A DNA stretch of 64,000 nt from the human T2T-CHM13v2.0 reference genome, Homo sapiens, in the NCBI RefSeq assembly GCF_009914755.1, contig NC_060942.1; one strand, written 5' to 3'. The position numbers and the translations under genes were made by a program. The notes below the pieces were generated by a model. It ran no database searches and had not been told where the DNA came from. It saw nothing but the letters and a program-made list of their open reading frames with translations. Of this stretch, positions 38,343 through 64,000 are shown piece by piece (the first letter of the stretch is position 1; each line of letters opens with the position of its first letter).

Positions 38343-38770
38343 GAGACAGACTGTCACCCAGGCTAGAGAGCAGTGGCACGATCACAGCTCACTGCAGCCT
38401 CAGCCTCCTGAGTAGCTGGGACTACCGGCGTGCCACCATGCCTGTTTTGTATTGTTTGACTTTGTAGAGTTGAGGTCTCGCCATGTTGCTCAGGCTGGTC
38501 TCAAACTCCTGGGCTCAAGCGATCTGCCTGCCTTTGAGCCACCACACCCGGCCCATCAATATTTCTTTTAAAGCTCCCTGTGTGATTCTGGTGTGCAGCC
38601 AAGTTTGAGAACACTGCCCTAAGTCATTGTTACAGGCTAGTACAGTGGCATTCAAACTTTGGTATACAATAGAATCACCTGGAAGGCTTGTTAAACCACA
38701 GATTGCCAAGCTCCACCCCAAAGTTTCTGATTTTGTCTGAGCATTTATATGTTTAACAAGTTCACAAATC
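38343..38770. mobile_element. Internally deleted Alu (38343-38553,-) and MER5A fragments
   Basis: aagctccc.g.gtgattct..tgtgcagccaagtttgagaacactg; agaatcacctggaaggcttgttaaa. Confidence 0.75.
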
Positions 38771-39999
38771 AGTATAAGGCAAATTAAGAAATATTGCTAT
38801 GACAACAAGGAAAAGTAGTAAAATGTTAAACTTCAAGACAGTAGAAAACATTTTGAGCTGTGTAGTAATGCATTAATTTAGATGGCATCATCAGGCCCGC
38901 AATATATATAAAATGGATTTGGTGACGGCGTGGTCAGGCATAGAGTCAGGTGTGCAAGAAAAGCATTTAGTAACCTATTATAATATTCCAAATATGAGGA
39001 GCACCTGGGGCTAAGACATGGCAGTGCAATGGAAAATAAAAAATTTAGTAACCACTTAATGATTGTTACATGCCAGAACTAGCAGCTGAGAGTAGAAAGA
39101 TGAATATGACAATTCTCCTCAGTGAGCCTATAACCAACTCAGTTGTCACAACGAACATTGCAAAATTAGAATCATTAAACTAGGTCTCCTACTAGAAATG
39201 GGGAGGGACCCTTGTTCTACATGTCATTTATAATTGTAACACTTTTTAAAAGAGAAATTATCAGTAATTCTACAGTGAACTTTCTTTTTACATATTTAAG
39301 AATCCAGGGACAATTATGTAGTAGATATTTGCCCAACACATTCTGCACTCAAATTTGAGGCTGCCCACTATCCCCTTGGAGATTTGTCCAGGAAATTTGC
39401 TTTTTTTTTTCTATTTATCCTCTAACCATTTATTCAGAAAGATAATTATCCATTATTCATGCTTACTGAGTCTGGGCCCTTTCATTGTTTATTAACATTT
39501 CCACCAAAGTTTGGCAGGACAAATAAAGAACGAAACTCAGATTAACCTTAGACCATCAACCTATCAATTTTGATAAGATATTTGGGAGAAAATGTAGAAA
39601 GTGGACTCAAAATTTGAAAGACATGTATGTCCAGTGAACCAGGCAATATCTTGAGTGGATTTGATAGGAAGTTAGCATTAAGCTCAAGAAAATCACAGAT
39701 AACAAGCTGTGCAAAAATGGCCTGAGCATGCATTTCATTGACAGTTTCAAAAAATCAAAGAATAAAAAGTTAATGCTTGAAATAATCTATTCCAACCTCT
39801 CATTATAAGTAAATTGGTTGGGGGTACAAGTTTACTTGTCTTTCTTTTTTATAGATGAACAGGTAAATTTGAAACAGAGTTACAAATGACAGCTGCAGTG
39901 TTATGCCAACTTTAGAAGTAAAGGTATTTCTGTATTTTGACTGCTCAGCATCAGGATTATCTTTACTCACACAGATAATGTTTTGCCAGTGGTAAAGAT

Positions 40000-40220
40000 C
40001 TTTTTTTTTGAGATGGAGTTTCACTCTGTCACCCAGGCTGGAGTGCAGTGGCACGATCTCAGCTTACTGCCACCATGCCCAGCTAATTTTTTTTGTATTT
40101 CTAGTAGAGACGGGGTTTCACCGTGTTAGCCAGGATGGTCTCGATCTCCTGACCTCGTGATCCGCCCGTCTCAGCCTCCCAAAGTGTTGGGATTACAGGT
40201 GTGAGCCACCACGCCCAGCC
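40000..40220 (-). mobile_element. AluY-like with internal deletion
   Basis: cttactgc joined directly to caccatgcccagc. Confidence 0.88.
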
Positions 40221-40953
<733 letters not shown>

Positions 40954-40970
40954 TGAAACCGTACTCACAG

Positions 40971-42538
<1,568 letters not shown>

Positions 42539-43434
42539 ACAAGGTTAACAAGAATTACATGCCAGATTCTGGACAGAAAAATAGGTATAACTAAATGTTA
42601 ATCAAGCCACACTTTGGTCCACTTCCTGGTAGCTGCTTGCTAACTCAAAATCTCCTAGCACTAGATACTGACCATTTGCATCCCCATTGTTCCTGTAGAT
42701 AGGATCTCTAATGATAGATTCATAAGGCTTTTAAGAATTGCTTAAGGCCAGGCATAGTAGCTAATGCCTGTAATCCTAGCACTTTGGGAGGCCAAGGTGG
42801 TTGGATTGCTTGAGGTCAGAAGTTCAAGACCAGCCTGGCCAACATGGTGAAACTTGGTCTTTACTAAAAATACAAAAATTAATTCCAGCTACTCGGGAAG
42901 TTGAGATAGGAGAATCTCTTGAACCTGGGAGGTGGAGGTTTCAGTAAGCTGAGATTGCACCACTGCACTCCTGCACTCCAGCCTGGGCAACAAAGCAAGA
43001 CTCTGTCTAAAAAAAAAAAAAAGTTTCAGATGTTTTCCAGATCCTGAATTCAATTGGAATGGCTGATGCCAACCAGTTTGAAGACCCCCTCAGAGGAACT
43101 GAATCAGCATAAGAATACAGTTTCTTCATGTCCCTGTCCCATGACCTCACCCAGCCCTCTTCAACCAATCAACAATCCCCACACCTCAGCCCCCTATTCA
43201 TCCAAACCCCTTAAGATCCCCAGCCCCAAATTCCTTGGGGTTTGAGGCTTCCTCCCATCTCCTCACTTGGCTGCCTGATGATTAACCTCTTTCTCTGCTG
43301 CAGCTTGGTGTCTCAGTGTATTGACTTGTCATGCACTGGGGAAGGAACCTGGTACGGTAACAGAACCGCAGGTGTGGTGTTGTGAGAATGCACATTTGAC
43401 CTGTGCTTTATTCCTGGCTCTACTACTTATCAGC

Positions 43435-44376
<942 letters not shown>

Positions 44377-44644
44377 ATCAGCCATGTGACCATGGGCAAG
44401 TGGCTGGGCCTCAGTTTTTTTCTTATATGTGTAAGGTAACAGAAATAATACTTCGTTCATAGGCTTGTTGTAAGCATGAGACAAAGCAAAGGAATATGTC
44501 TAGTGTCTGTACGTAGTGAAAATGGAAAAGAAAAAGATGAGAAAGAGAATGAAGAAGAGGAGGAGGAAGAAGGAGGAGGAAAAGGAGAAGATTTAGTCTC
44601 TTCCCTATAAAAAGATTTGTGTTTCCAGAATATAAGAATTCGGT

Positions 44645-45360
<716 letters not shown>

Positions 45361-45370
45361 AGAAAGAGAC

Positions 45371-45527
45371 AGAGAGAGAGAGAGAGAGAAAGGGAGGGAG
45401 GGAGGGAGAGGGAAGGAAGGAAGGAAGAAAGGGAGGGAGGAAGGAAGGAAGGAAGAAAGGGAGGGAGGAAGGAAGGAAGGAAGGGAGGGAGGGAGGGAAG
45501 AAGGAAGGAAGGAAGGAAGGAAAGAAA
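45371..45527 (+). repeat. Pure polypurine tract of (AG)n/(GGGA)n/(GGAA)n
   Basis: 157 nt without a pyrimidine. Confidence 0.95.
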
Positions 45528-45679
45528 TCTCATATGAGACTTCAGGCACTAGAGAGAAATTAAGGGCTGTGAGTCTCAGGGCCACATTAGCAAGAGATTA
45601 ATTCATCAACCTACAAAGTACTTAATGTCTATTCAATAGAATGATGGGTGAGGAAAGACTGTAAAGAAACAGATGTGGA

Positions 45680-46823
<1,144 letters not shown>

Positions 46824-47400
46824 ATTGCAAATGTGCTTGACCCCTTTAATGAATATTCATACCTCCCCCTATGACCTGTTAAATATACATGTTTATCCAA
46901 CTCATTTGACATAAAATTCCTGTCCCTGCCTTCCTCCCTTGAAGTGCCGGCTTCTGGTCTCAACCACAGGCTCCACTTCCCTGCACGTAGCAACTCTTCT
47001 CAAGAAATAAAGACCTTTCCAAATTTATAGGTCTCATGGTTTTAAGTTAACAATAGGAAGTAAAGTGTTTCCTTTAATTCCATGAAATTATAGTAAATTT
47101 TCAAATCTGAGGAGGCGATTGTGGGAACCCCTGATTTTTAGCCTAGTTAGACAGATGTGTGGGTATTCTGGACATCCAATACTTGCAACTGGCATCCAAG
47201 TGGTCCTGGGGAGCAGTGCTGTGGGACTGAGCCTTTATTCTTTGGGATCTGCTCTAACTCCAAGTAGTTAATGTCAGAACTGAATGAAATTTGTAGGACA
47301 CCCGGTTGGTGTCCACAAAGACCTGGAAAATTGCTTTGTGTGGAAAACCCACATATTTGGTGTCAAAAGTGTTGTGAGTAGAGAAACGTTTTTCCTTTAC
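46824..47400. mobile_element. LTR fragments: MER57-like 3' part (46824-47052) and MER21-like (47053-47400)
   Basis: aataaa...ttttaagttaaca end; cttgcaactggcatc...tgtgggactgagcc...ctaactcca.gtagttaatgtcagaa. Confidence 0.65.
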
Positions 47401-48734
47401 CCCTCCTTCTGGGGCTGGTGTTCACCCCCAGCTGATTGATGCTCATTTCATTGAGCAATGGTGTCAAGCAGGAGTAGGGGTTGCCTCAGGTGAAGACATG
47501 GACTAAGGTGGTTTGTTTCAGTCCAGAGCATCTTTCTCTGTTCCACAGTGCTGGTCTTGGGGACCACTTAGGCACAAACTGAGAGGATTACTCAGAGTTG
47601 ATTACTGACTCAAGCTCTAGTAACTGTGCCCAGAATGTACTCAGCTTTGGCATCTTCCAGAGAGGTCACTTGACCAGGAGATGTGGGCAAGAGTTAAGGA
47701 GCAGAATTGCAAATGCCTATAAACAGAGATCTTGGCTAGTAGGAATTACAAAGGGCAGACAGTGTGGAGGTGACTGCTTTGTAAGTATTATTGAGCTTTA
47801 GTTAGCATCCATAATAACATGTCATCCCTCTACCCCAAGTCTATCAAGGTTCTTAATATCAGCGAAGGCCAGCACTCCACAACCTAGGAAGCCTTTCTAA
47901 GCCTGACAAAAGATTTAAAAATTACATTTGGAAGTGCTCTTTACCACAAGCTTTGATTCCACTGTCTGCACACCTGTTGATCTCATACAAAAACATTCAT
48001 CACACTGACCTTGTCCTGTTGAATACATCTCTACCATTTGCTCAGAGGAGCCAAAAATGTGTTTTCTTCTTCAAAAAACAGAAAAATTTTCCCATGTTTC
48101 ATTTTATTATCAGCTTTTTGGGGTAGAAGATAAGCTGACAATGAAAATATGATGATTGGCTGTTATTTTTAAATGAATTTTTAATAGCAAATAATTTGCT
48201 CCATCTGGAAAAGGCTGATCACATTTTCAGCAACTAGGCACAAATCAGGATGGATTATTTCCAGCATTTTTTTAAAAAGCTTATTTAGATCCAATCACAC
48301 TAGCTGCTCAGTGTCAGTGGCATTTCCTGATCCTGAAGAGGGCTAAGCCCTCAGCCCCGTCCTTCATGCCTTAAGGCCATGGTCTCTCAAAATATCAAAG
48401 TCCTTTTGCTCACCAGACACCTGCTGTAGTTTCTGTCATCCAGTTTCTGGGGCTACTGTGGCTCACGTTGTGGCACTAGTTCACACTGTACTTCACTCCA
48501 GCCATTGGCAGAAACATCAGGCAGTGTCATGGATCAGTCGCTGAAGTTGGCTTCTCTGGGTGCTGTTCCCATAGCACACAGCCTCTTATTTGAGAAACAG
48601 GAGCAGAAAGAGACATCAAGTATTTAGGCAAAGCAAGGTTTGGGATAGTTCTGGGACGACATTTTGATCCAGCTCTCATCTGCCCTATGGGAGCTCCAGA
48701 ATTAAAGGGCTTCATGAAAGGGAAGGAGAGAAAA

Positions 48735-50232
<1,498 letters not shown>

Positions 50233-50363
50233 AAGGGGAGGGAAAATGTGCTTGTGCTTTTCACTGGCCCCAGGTCCTTTTCTAAAGGAAGTCTTCTGGG
50301 TGTCACCTTCTGGGTCTCACTTCTGGGTGGCTGAGTGAGGCAATGCTTAGGAACCAAACTACC

Positions 50364-51630
<1,267 letters not shown>

Positions 51631-52049
51631 ATGAAACCACTCATCTCTTTGTAAGAACTGTGGAAGGGCTCTCTACCTCCAAAGCTATCCCAGAAAGCAC
51701 AGAAATTGGGGGGGTGGAGGGGTGTCCCTTACCAAAGGCATGGAATGAGAAGGAAAAAAAAATCCAAAAATAGAAGGAAAAGGAAATTGGGAGGGTCCCA
51801 TCACACTGGGCTCACGACACTTCTCTAGACTTTTCTTCCTTCTCTATTATCTTCATGCTTCCATGGATCTTGTTCTCTGGTTCTTCTCAGTGTTGCCCCT
51901 GTGGCTCTCCTTGGCATTGTTGTCATTCATGTGCTTCTTTGTCCCGTTTCTTCTATTCCCATTGCAGTCTTGGCTCTCCTTCCACTTGTTCTGGTGATGC
52001 ACAACTTTTCAGTCACCATTTTCCATGATTTTCTTCAATTCTCCCTCTC

Positions 52050-55035
<2,986 letters not shown>

Positions 55036-55889
55036 AAGGAGGAGGAGGAGGAGGAAAGGAGAAGAAACCAAAGAAAGCATATTCATCATATAGTTCATAA
55101 ATGTATTTGGTATTTAATTCTACAGTCTTAAAAGTTGCCCGGGGGAAAAAAATTTAGCTTTCCTTTCCTTTCACTGATTTTATCTCATGAGCCACCATTT
55201 CTGCCCAGCAACAGGAAATGACATCTTACCAATTAAAGGTAACCCAATGTCTCCTGCAGTAAACAGTCAACTAGTGACTCTCTCTCTCCCTCACTATTCT
55301 GGAAAATGCCTGAGCTGCAGGGACCTGTGTCTCGCAAGAGGGGGATCTTAATCCACACTCACTGGTTTTCTCCCTATTGACTTTTTCTGCTATGGGCTGG
55401 CCCCAGGGGTCTTGACAGCCCAGCCTCCCAGATGTGAGGTCAGCAATCCCACTGGCCTGTGCACTCCATGTCTCTGCCCATCTGGCCAATCCTGGAGGCA
55501 GACAGGAAGGCTCCCTGTGTTCCCAGGCTTCACACAAGTAGAGGGAGGCATGGCGGGTGGAGTGGGAGAGAGACAGAGTCTCTCGGCCTCTCTATGCTTC
55601 CACCTGCCCTGCTGTCATTTCTGCCCATTTGACCACACCCCACTCTAGGCAGCCGCCATCCTCTCACAGAGTTGCAGGTGGGAAGTGGGACAGAATCCTC
55701 TTGGCCTCACATCATCAGCCTAGTCTGGGAGTTTTACTAAACCCATTCCCCAGTCCCCTTGGGTTCAGCCCAGGAAGCATCTCCTCCAGCAGTTCAACCT
55801 TGCTTTTTTCTCCTCACCCCCACTCCATCCTCTATCTGGGGGATTTTTCTCCAGATAGGGGCAGAAATTGCTCTTACATTATCATTCAT

Positions 55890-57341
<1,452 letters not shown>

Positions 57342-57641
57342 ACAGAGCCAAGAATTTGTCTCTTTGTTAGCTGTCTCCTAAGAGCAGCACACTTAGAACT
57401 CTATCCCTATGTCTCCAGTGGTGGGAGAAGGTTAATGGGTACAAGAAAGCCTGGAGAAAAGAAACCTCAATTAATATCTCAAAATATTCTCCACCACTTG
57501 CTTGTAACTTTTTTGAATGGTTTGAAATAGCAACTGTACTGTCAATGGAGGCTCCACTAAGAAACCGTTATCCAACTGATACAAACTTATTATAAAATTA
57601 AAGGAAGGGTCAACTACTAGGGCCAGTGATGGAGACAGAGT

Positions 57642-57644
<3 letters not shown>

Positions 57645-57681
<37 letters not shown>
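57645..57681 (+). repeat. (AG)n microsatellite
   Basis: agagagagag... run with one ggg interruption. Confidence 0.9.
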
Positions 57682-58671
57682 GGAGGCAGCAGCAGGAGGA
57701 GACTTCCTAAAGAGAGTTACCAAAAGTATGAGAATATTTTGTTCACATTTAACAAATCGATGGTTTCAGTATATGCACTCACTAAATATAACTGTATGCC
57801 TACCCTCATTTGAAGATGTAATAAGACTAAATTCAGGGTCAGGAAGAAGAGGAGGCCCTCCTGGCCCCTCAGTCGGGCTCTGCAGCTATGCCAGGGGGAT
57901 GTGAGAGGGAGGAGAGGGTGTCCAGTCAGTGTTCACTCCTTGTCCCAAGCCCCTCCCCTCCTTCCTGCCCCCTCTGAGATTATGAGAGCAGAGTTTTGTA
58001 CCCACCCACCACCCCCAACTCCTAATCCAGTGGGAGACCCGGGCAATGCAAGAGTTGGGTGCAGACGCTCTGGTCCTTTGAGACCTGGACCTGAGATGCA
58101 TAAGACCACAAACTGAAAAATGAAAAGGACGACAATCTTCACTATCGGGACTATCTTTTGATCACTTGGAAACTGTCTTCTTTCCCCTTCTCCCTTACTT
58201 TCACAAGTACCTCAAAGTATCTTTCACTTTAAACAGTGAAGAATAATTCAGAGTGAGAAATTACAAAGACATCAGATTCCAATTAAACTAACTGATTGCT
58301 TTTGGAGTCCAGGAAAGTGCAGCATCAAGGTCAAGGACTTCTCTTTTTGCTAGTTGTGTGACTTTGCAAAAGTTACTTGGCATCTCTTAGTTGCAATTCC
58401 CTAATCTGTAAGTGGAAATAATATATTGTAATGTTGATGTAAGAATCAAGTGGAACTTTATGTTAAAGAGAGATTTGCAAACTAGAGTTCTATACAGATG
58501 TTTGTTACTGTAACTCCACATGGATCTCCTCAGAGGTAGAGACCACATTTTGTTTAGTAACCACAGCATCTAGCACAGAGCCTAACCCAGGTCTGTCTTC
58601 CATGAAGGTTAGTGGGTTGAATTTTTAAAAAGCCACCTGTGTCGGGCAGAGTGCTGTCAAGAAAAGAGAAG

Positions 58672-58975
58672 CGGCCAGGCGTGGTGGCTCACCCCTGTAA
58701 TCCCAGCACTTTGGGAGGCCAAGGCAGGTGGATCATCTGAGGTCAGGAGTTTGAGACCAGCGTCGCCAACATGGCGAAACCCTGTCTCTACTAAAAATAC
58801 AAAAATTAGCCGGGCTTGGTGGCGGGTGCCTGTAATCCCAGCTACTCAGGAGGCTGAGGCAGGAGAATCATTTGAACCTGGGAGGCGGAGGTTGCAGTGA
58901 GCCAAGATCACGCCACGTTGCATGAGCCTGGGCAACAAGAGTCAAACTGTCTCAAAAAAAAAAAAAAAAAAAAAA
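58672..58975 (+). mobile_element. Alu (AluS-like)
   Basis: Alu consensus; TSD aaaagagaagc. Confidence 0.93.
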
Positions 58976-59282
58976 GAGAAGCCATGCTATTTTGTGTAAT
59001 TTTAACAGAGATCACATACAATAGCAATCAGGTAAACAGGTTTCGGAGTACTGAAAAGGTGAGGAGAGAACATGCAGTAAGGCAGAAAGGAGAGTAACTG
59101 CAGGAGGCGGCTACCACCCCTGGGGCTGGGGGAACAGAGGCCTCTGGATTATTAGGACCTGGAGTTGGAGGAGGCGCCGGGCTGGGGCTGGTGTCTCTGA
59201 GGTTGGCCAGTGTAGGAGAAACTGGAAACTGGAACTTCTGGCTACTGGAATCCGTTTCTGGTTGCTGCCAAGGTGAATTAGT

Positions 59283-59296
59283 GTTGCTGTGGTAAC
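59283..59296. promoter_or_regulatory. RFX X-box consensus match
   Basis: GTTGCTGTGGTAAC fits GTTRCYNNRGYAAC, in unique GC-richer sequence. Confidence 0.4.
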
Positions 59297-59969
59297 AATG
59301 ACAGCAACAGCAAGAAACATGGGAAAAGGCAAATCCTTCCCCGCTTCAACTGGTCAGTCTCCCCCTAGGGCTTTCTATAGGCAGAGCAGCCAGGGCTCCT
59401 GCTGGTGACAGAGAAACAGAGGGTGCAGACCCCGTCTCAGCATCAAGGTGGAGTATAGAGCGGGGGATTCTGCTGAGAGCCAACAGCTTAAAAACTGCCA
59501 CATTGCTATCTAATAAATTCAGAGGAGACTTTTGCCTATGGGTGAAGATGCCAAGGGCTGCACTTTGAGGAACTCCCTTTTTACACTACCATAGGGAGGA
59601 AATGGGAGTGTGACAATGTGGGTCACAGGGTTCTTGGCGTTTGGAGCCCTGCCGGGCAACCCTACCTCCATCCCAAAGACAGCCTTGCCCTTCCGCGTCG
59701 TTGTCGCTGGCAGGGGCGCTCCTGTTGCTGCCACCAGCAGGGACTCCCATGTACACAATCAGAGAATAATGTTCTCACTCCCCAGAGAATAATGTTCTCA
59801 CTTGCCAGTGAAGGTGCAAGAAGGAGAGCAGACTGGTTTTAGCTCTAGCGACACAACTCAGATGTTGGAGACAAGATACAGAGAGGGTCCCCTTGGACTA
59901 GGAAAAATGAGAGTGGCCACAGATGCCCCCAGAGTCTTATAGCTGCAGGAGGCAGGAGCTCTGGCACAT

Positions 59970-61093
<1,124 letters not shown>

Positions 61094-63567
61094 CTAAATG
61101 AAACTGTTATGTCTTGCATGACTCTTAGGATGATACTGAAGAGTAATGACCCATCCCTCTACCATGTTGCCACAGACCGCTAGATGACAGATTGCCATGC
61201 AGCTCAGGAGAGGAGGATAGATTCCCTCTACTCCGTGAAGACTAACCATTTGCAGACACCCAGCTCTTATTCCATTAGGCAGGCAAGGATAGATGGAGTT
61301 GAAGTTATAGTAACTTCTTTTCTTCACTGGCATTCTCTTCCGAAGACATTGCATCTCTCTGCTCATTTCAGGACCGGCAGCACCAGTAAGCATCTTCCAC
61401 AGACAGAATCCACCCTGGGGCCCTACAGTAAAAAAGGGCAGCTTCCTACTCCCCCTCCACTTTCTACCTCTTTTCAACAGGCTCATTCCCCCTCAATCTA
61501 CCTGGGAGTATGATGTGCTTTTCTGCTGGCCCTTGGCTACCCTAGCAACCTGACCCCCACCCTGGCCCCACCTTGCAGTCTACCTGAGGTTACGATACGT
61601 CTCTTCCCGGGTAGAACTTTGTGCTCCAGACCTTTCCCTCTCTCCCTATTCTTGCTGAAATGTAAGATATCTCAGTTTATCAGGGCTCTGTTCTCCGTCT
61701 CCCAAGAGTTTGGTTAGTTATCTCAATAGGCAGGGATGGGAGGGGGTGTTGCAATTCAATGCATAACAAAAATTGGGAGTGGAGTGTTCCTTCGGACCAC
61801 AGGCATAACTTTGTGTTAAGTGTTAGCACTAGAGCAAATTCCACCGAATTCTCTGGACTCACAAGACAAGTCCAGCACCATGACTGTGCAGTCCAGGCGG
61901 TGAGTGTTCATTAGTAGGCATTGTGCTTTTGCATTGGCAGCTGGCTGATGTAGCTCATGGGGAAACTGGCATCTATGGTGAATATCAATCACAATTGACG
62001 TTAACAAGAAATCAACATAAAATGGCTAGGACCAGCCATCTGCAGAAGCTAAGCACTTTGAACATGGTTGTAAATATGGTCCAGCAGCTTTGCCAAATAA
62101 AATCAGGAAGCAAGAGGGCCTCTCAAGCTGATCAAGAGCCCAGAGAGCCGCGAGATTGTGGGCCAGTTGCATCCTTAGGACCGGAATACTTTTTTTGAAG
62201 TGACCTATTTTATCACATTGTGACTGACTGCCTGATAGAAGGATGGTGCTGTGTATGGATTCTAGAACCTAGGGGAGGAAGCCACCAAGAGTAAATATTT
62301 GTTGGTGTTTATTCTGTGCTGCATCTACTATGTTTGATAGGTCACAACATAAATAAAAGTCAACATTTACAAGACACTTACTATATGTGCCTGGCCAGAC
62401 GTAAGTAAGTTTTACGTCCACTCACTCATTTAAACCTCACAAGCACATTATAAGATACATTTATCCATCAGCCTCTTGTGAGTTTGGTTACTGGGAATCA
62501 GCCCCCCAAAGCCTGATTTGCTCTGGAATATCTGATGATACTGAGTATCTGACCTTGCAAAGCTAAGGGTTTAGAATGTGGTGATGCGGCCAACATAGCT
62601 ACCCTGAGGGTGCCAAGCTGAAACAGATGGCTGGACTCTCTTAAACCATAGTGATTACAAGAGATCATCTGTTCTAGCCCTTGAGTGACCCCGGCAGCTT
62701 ATCAAAGTCATGTATTTATTGCAAGATGTGAGACTCCAAATACATGAAACCCAGATCTGAACAGAGACATGATATGTAGTTCAAATGGGCCAGTCTCTGT
62801 GCAAACTCCAACAGCTTCCATGATACAAGCTTTACTTTCAAGGACCTGTAAATGGAAACAAGTCGGCCTTCCACTAAAGACAGGTGACATGTCTCAGACA
62901 GCTTGTAGGGAGACAAAGCAGGTATGGGGTGGGGAATGCATTGGCAAGGATTCTAGCTGCCCAAGAAAGGACAGGAAACTTCCCTCCCAAAAAAGACATC
63001 TTGATGGAAGATTTGAAACTTGAGTCATTGACATAATGATAGCTTTCCCATAAAGTGTAAATATCTGAAAGGAGAGAATCATAATCATTCTGACACTGTG
63101 CAGCTTTCAGCCCAATCTCAGTCTGAGACAATAACTCCAAGACAACTGAATGCCCTGTGTCTTGTGAAACATCCCTCCTCTGCCCTCACATAATCCAAAA
63201 CGGCAGGGGCAGGAAAGGACTGGCATGTTGTTATTGCACCGAGATGAAAGTGCAGGCTAAGTGACTCTGATTTAGTAACAGACCCTTTATTATATAGCTC
63301 ACAAAAGTAAAGCCAGACCTAACAACTTTCTTTGACAGCAAAATATTTCTACCCTCTGCTAGACACCAATACTGACCTAGGAGGTATATGTTTATAGTAA
63401 CAAAAGTGTAAATTTTGGGTACTGAAGAGCAGATAAAACTTGCAAAACAGTTCATACTTAGGATCTGAAGGACAGTGAGACAGCCTTTCTATTCATTCAT
63501 CCAAATGTGTACATATGGATGAAGGAATGGAAACCCCAGGATGCTGCATGAACACAGACTTCAATGA

Positions 63568-63949
<382 letters not shown>

Positions 63950-64000
63950 AAAATATATTTCAACTAATCATTTTCTTTCTTGTCCATGTCTCATTGAAGT

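Noticed and set aside
59705-59745. CTCF-like motifs (ctggcaggggcgct, ccaccagcaggga)
   Set aside because: Both mismatch or are mis-spaced at core positions of the CTCF consensus
61094-61513. 130-aa (-) and 109-aa (+) ORFs in non-Alu sequence
   Set aside because: No recognisable domain, no convincing exon structure, and lengths compatible with chance

Overview
Human (primate) genomic DNA. Bases 1 to ~31,850 hold the 3' part of RBBP8 (CtIP, the Sae2/Ctp1 orthologue that promotes DNA-end resection) on the + strand. Seven coding exons with GT-AG junctions splice into ...DVSFENIQW...CKEC...[24 protein letters not shown]...KEQKT*, i.e. residues ~647-897 (exon numbers 13-19 follow my recollection of the reference transcript). 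The remainder is intergenic and repeat-dense: about 74 Alu elements or fragments by my count, L1/L2/MIR, Tigger1, MER2, MER58A, MER63, Charlie1 and several ERV LTRs, plus a 7SL and a Y1 RNA retropseudogene. I see no prokaryote-style system, CRISPR array or second protein-coding gene. The most interesting signal appears only after splicing: the +1 frame stays open for 179 codons across five exons and stops 7 nt after the normal stop. Exons 16, 17 and 18 are each 3n+1 long and a latent donor 47 nt into intron 15 also enters this frame, so four single splicing changes would give NMD-immune CtIP with a replaced C-terminus. Other items: a template-switch-like palindrome carrying two AP-1 sites downstream of the gene, a MER41B LTR with one intact GAS site, an intronic 17-bp hairpin and an LTR10C-like VNTR. 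Repeat subfamily names and boundaries were assigned by eye and are approximate.
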